A stretch of 64,000 nucleotides of DNA from Pseudogymnoascus verrucosus (lineage: Eukaryota), in NCBI GenBank assembly GCA_001662655.1, contig KV460206.1. One strand, given 5' to 3'. The notes beneath the pieces are model-generated. The model saw only the letters and a program-made list of their open reading frames with translations. It did not search any database and had not been told where the DNA came from. The number at the start of each line of letters is the position of its first letter. Position 1 is the stretch's first letter. This document shows, piece after piece, positions 62,509 through 64,000 of this stretch. The translations under genes were made by a program, and so were the position numbers.

Positions 62509-62822
62509 GTCTTCAAGTTCTCTATTCTTCGCGTCTCTAGTTTAAGGCGCCTAAGCTGGCCTCTGAGGATCTGTTAGCCGTTGCGATGACGAAAAGCACG
62601 GAAACGGAATGGTTTGGCAGGTAGGCCAATTTTGGCTGATATCACTGTAATGCAGAATTGATATAGAAACCGTGGTCTCAAGATCTATGGTCCCCCTCAA
62701 GCTTTGGAGCGTCGAAAATAGGGAACATTGAATACATAAATAAATGAGGTCCATGGCACAGCCATACCATGTCACAAAGACGAACCTCCTCTCCCCCACC
62801 TCGGGCCCAATCCCCCCCCTCT

Positions 62823-63254
62823 TCAAGCCGCCAGCAACATCGCCGCTCTCCCCGTCAAAACAGCCACCAGCCCTGACGAAATCAAATAAAACCCAAAGCG
62901 CCTCGTAATATTATTGGTAGTGTTATGCGCCAGACTATGCGCGACCCTAGCCGCGACATACGCCCACGCGAGCCGGGCATCAGTCTTCCCGCCACCTGCG
63001 ATCGCCAGCACCACAGCCACGGCGTAGAACTGCGTGGGCTGCTCGAACAAATTCGAGAAGTTGTCGGCCTTCCAGCGCACGGATGGGGGGGTCATCTTGT
63101 TGATCTCCTCGCGCGTGAGGGTGTTCTTCTCGGCGATGTTGAGGCGCGTGAATACGGGGAGGCGCGTCGCGAACATCCAGCCTTCGACGACGAGGGTCCA
63201 GGCGTTGAGGGCGATGATTGGAGTGAGAAGGGGGGAGGCGCGGATGGACTCCAT
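62823..63254 (-). CDS. MAPEG family membrane protein
   Basis: 143 aa with several hydrophobic helices; motifs WKADNFSNLFEQPTQFYA, AWAYVAARVAHSLAH and RFGFYLISS. Confidence 0.85.
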   Translation of the reverse strand: MESIRASPLLTPIIALNAWTLVVEGWMFATRLPVFTRLNIAEKNTLTREEINKMTPPSVRWKADNFSNLFEQPTQFYAVAVVLAIAGGGKTDARLAWAYVAARVAHSLAHNTTNNITRRFGFYLISSGLVAVLTGRAAMLLAA

Positions 63255-64000
63255 GGTTGTGGCGGTGTGGGAGGGATTGACTGTGGTGGTTGTGGAGGTG
63301 GTAGTGGGTTTGCAATTGGTTGTTGATGATGTCAATTGAGAGTATATGGGAATATATATTGTCTTGAGACGGAGGTTCTCTATAGTCCGTTATGATGCCT
63401 GTCCTTGTGATTGCGGGGCAGGTGCGGGGCGGGTGCGGGATGTCGAGTCCCCGTCTTACTGTCATACTACCGAGGTTCGTTCTCATGAATATTTTGATGG
63501 TAGTGATTCAATGTGGGAATTTAATATCTCTTCGCGAACTTGTGCACAGCTGACATATTGATACACAAAATCAAAGCTACTGACTTACAAGTTATTAATT
63601 GCTTATTTTTATATTATAGTTGCCATTATAACATAGACTACATGCTATTCTAAGCTTCCAGGGGTAGCTCTTATGCACAGACCTCCCCCGCACTTTGGGC
63701 CGCACGACTACATGCCGTGTAGCTTGCATATTATGTACTCGTAGTGCCTCAAACCTTCTCAAATTCTACCGTCATACTGCTCAACAAACGCTTGAATAAA
63801 TATAGCCATATCTATTTCGCGCATTCTATGATACTCCTGATTTGCTGTCTCTGTCTACCCGTTTGTTGAGTTGTAACAGCCGCAAGATGCGCGACGTCGG
63901 ATTGGAAATCATCATCGCCGGTGGCCGGTATTTCGCATATTCCTATTGCCGGAGGCTTGCGGAAATACCTGATCCAGTGCAATTGATCGTTGACAAAATA

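Overview
Intron-rich filamentous ascomycete DNA. It shows GT..AG introns with CTRAC branch sites, a dispersed 5S rRNA gene and a RIP-like TpA-rich relic; a Leotiomycete such as Pseudogymnoascus is a guess only. There are three compartments. (1) 1-17.4 kb, accessory-like: a PD-(D/E)xK-like ORF, an Fps1-type aquaglyceroporin with an in-frame stop, an ENA Na+/K+ P-type ATPase with three phased PacC-type sites, 5S rRNA, a CYP52-like P450 pseudogene, and an intact cluster of MFS sugar transporter, FAD oxidoreductase and Zn2Cys6 regulator. (2) 17.4-53.8 kb, conserved core with long low-complexity spacers: HAL/Ptk2-type kinase, SSK1, tRNA-Ile(AAT), PQ-loop transporter, Tudor-SN, a conserved hypothetical gene, CTI6, choline sulfatase and an amino-acid permease. 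(3) 53.8-64 kb, accessory-like: two tandem F-box-like paralogs, an iron-type lipoxygenase bracketed by diverged direct repeats, a dead HeLo-like (NLR N-terminal) gene cut by a RIP-mutated LINE-like 3' end, and a MAPEG protein. The most striking observations are an apparent 1-nt exon in the PQ-loop gene, a 4-nt exon in the sugar transporter, the lipoxygenase-MAPEG neighbourhood, and the orphan sugar-catabolism cluster. Exon structures were reconstructed by hand and have no transcript support.
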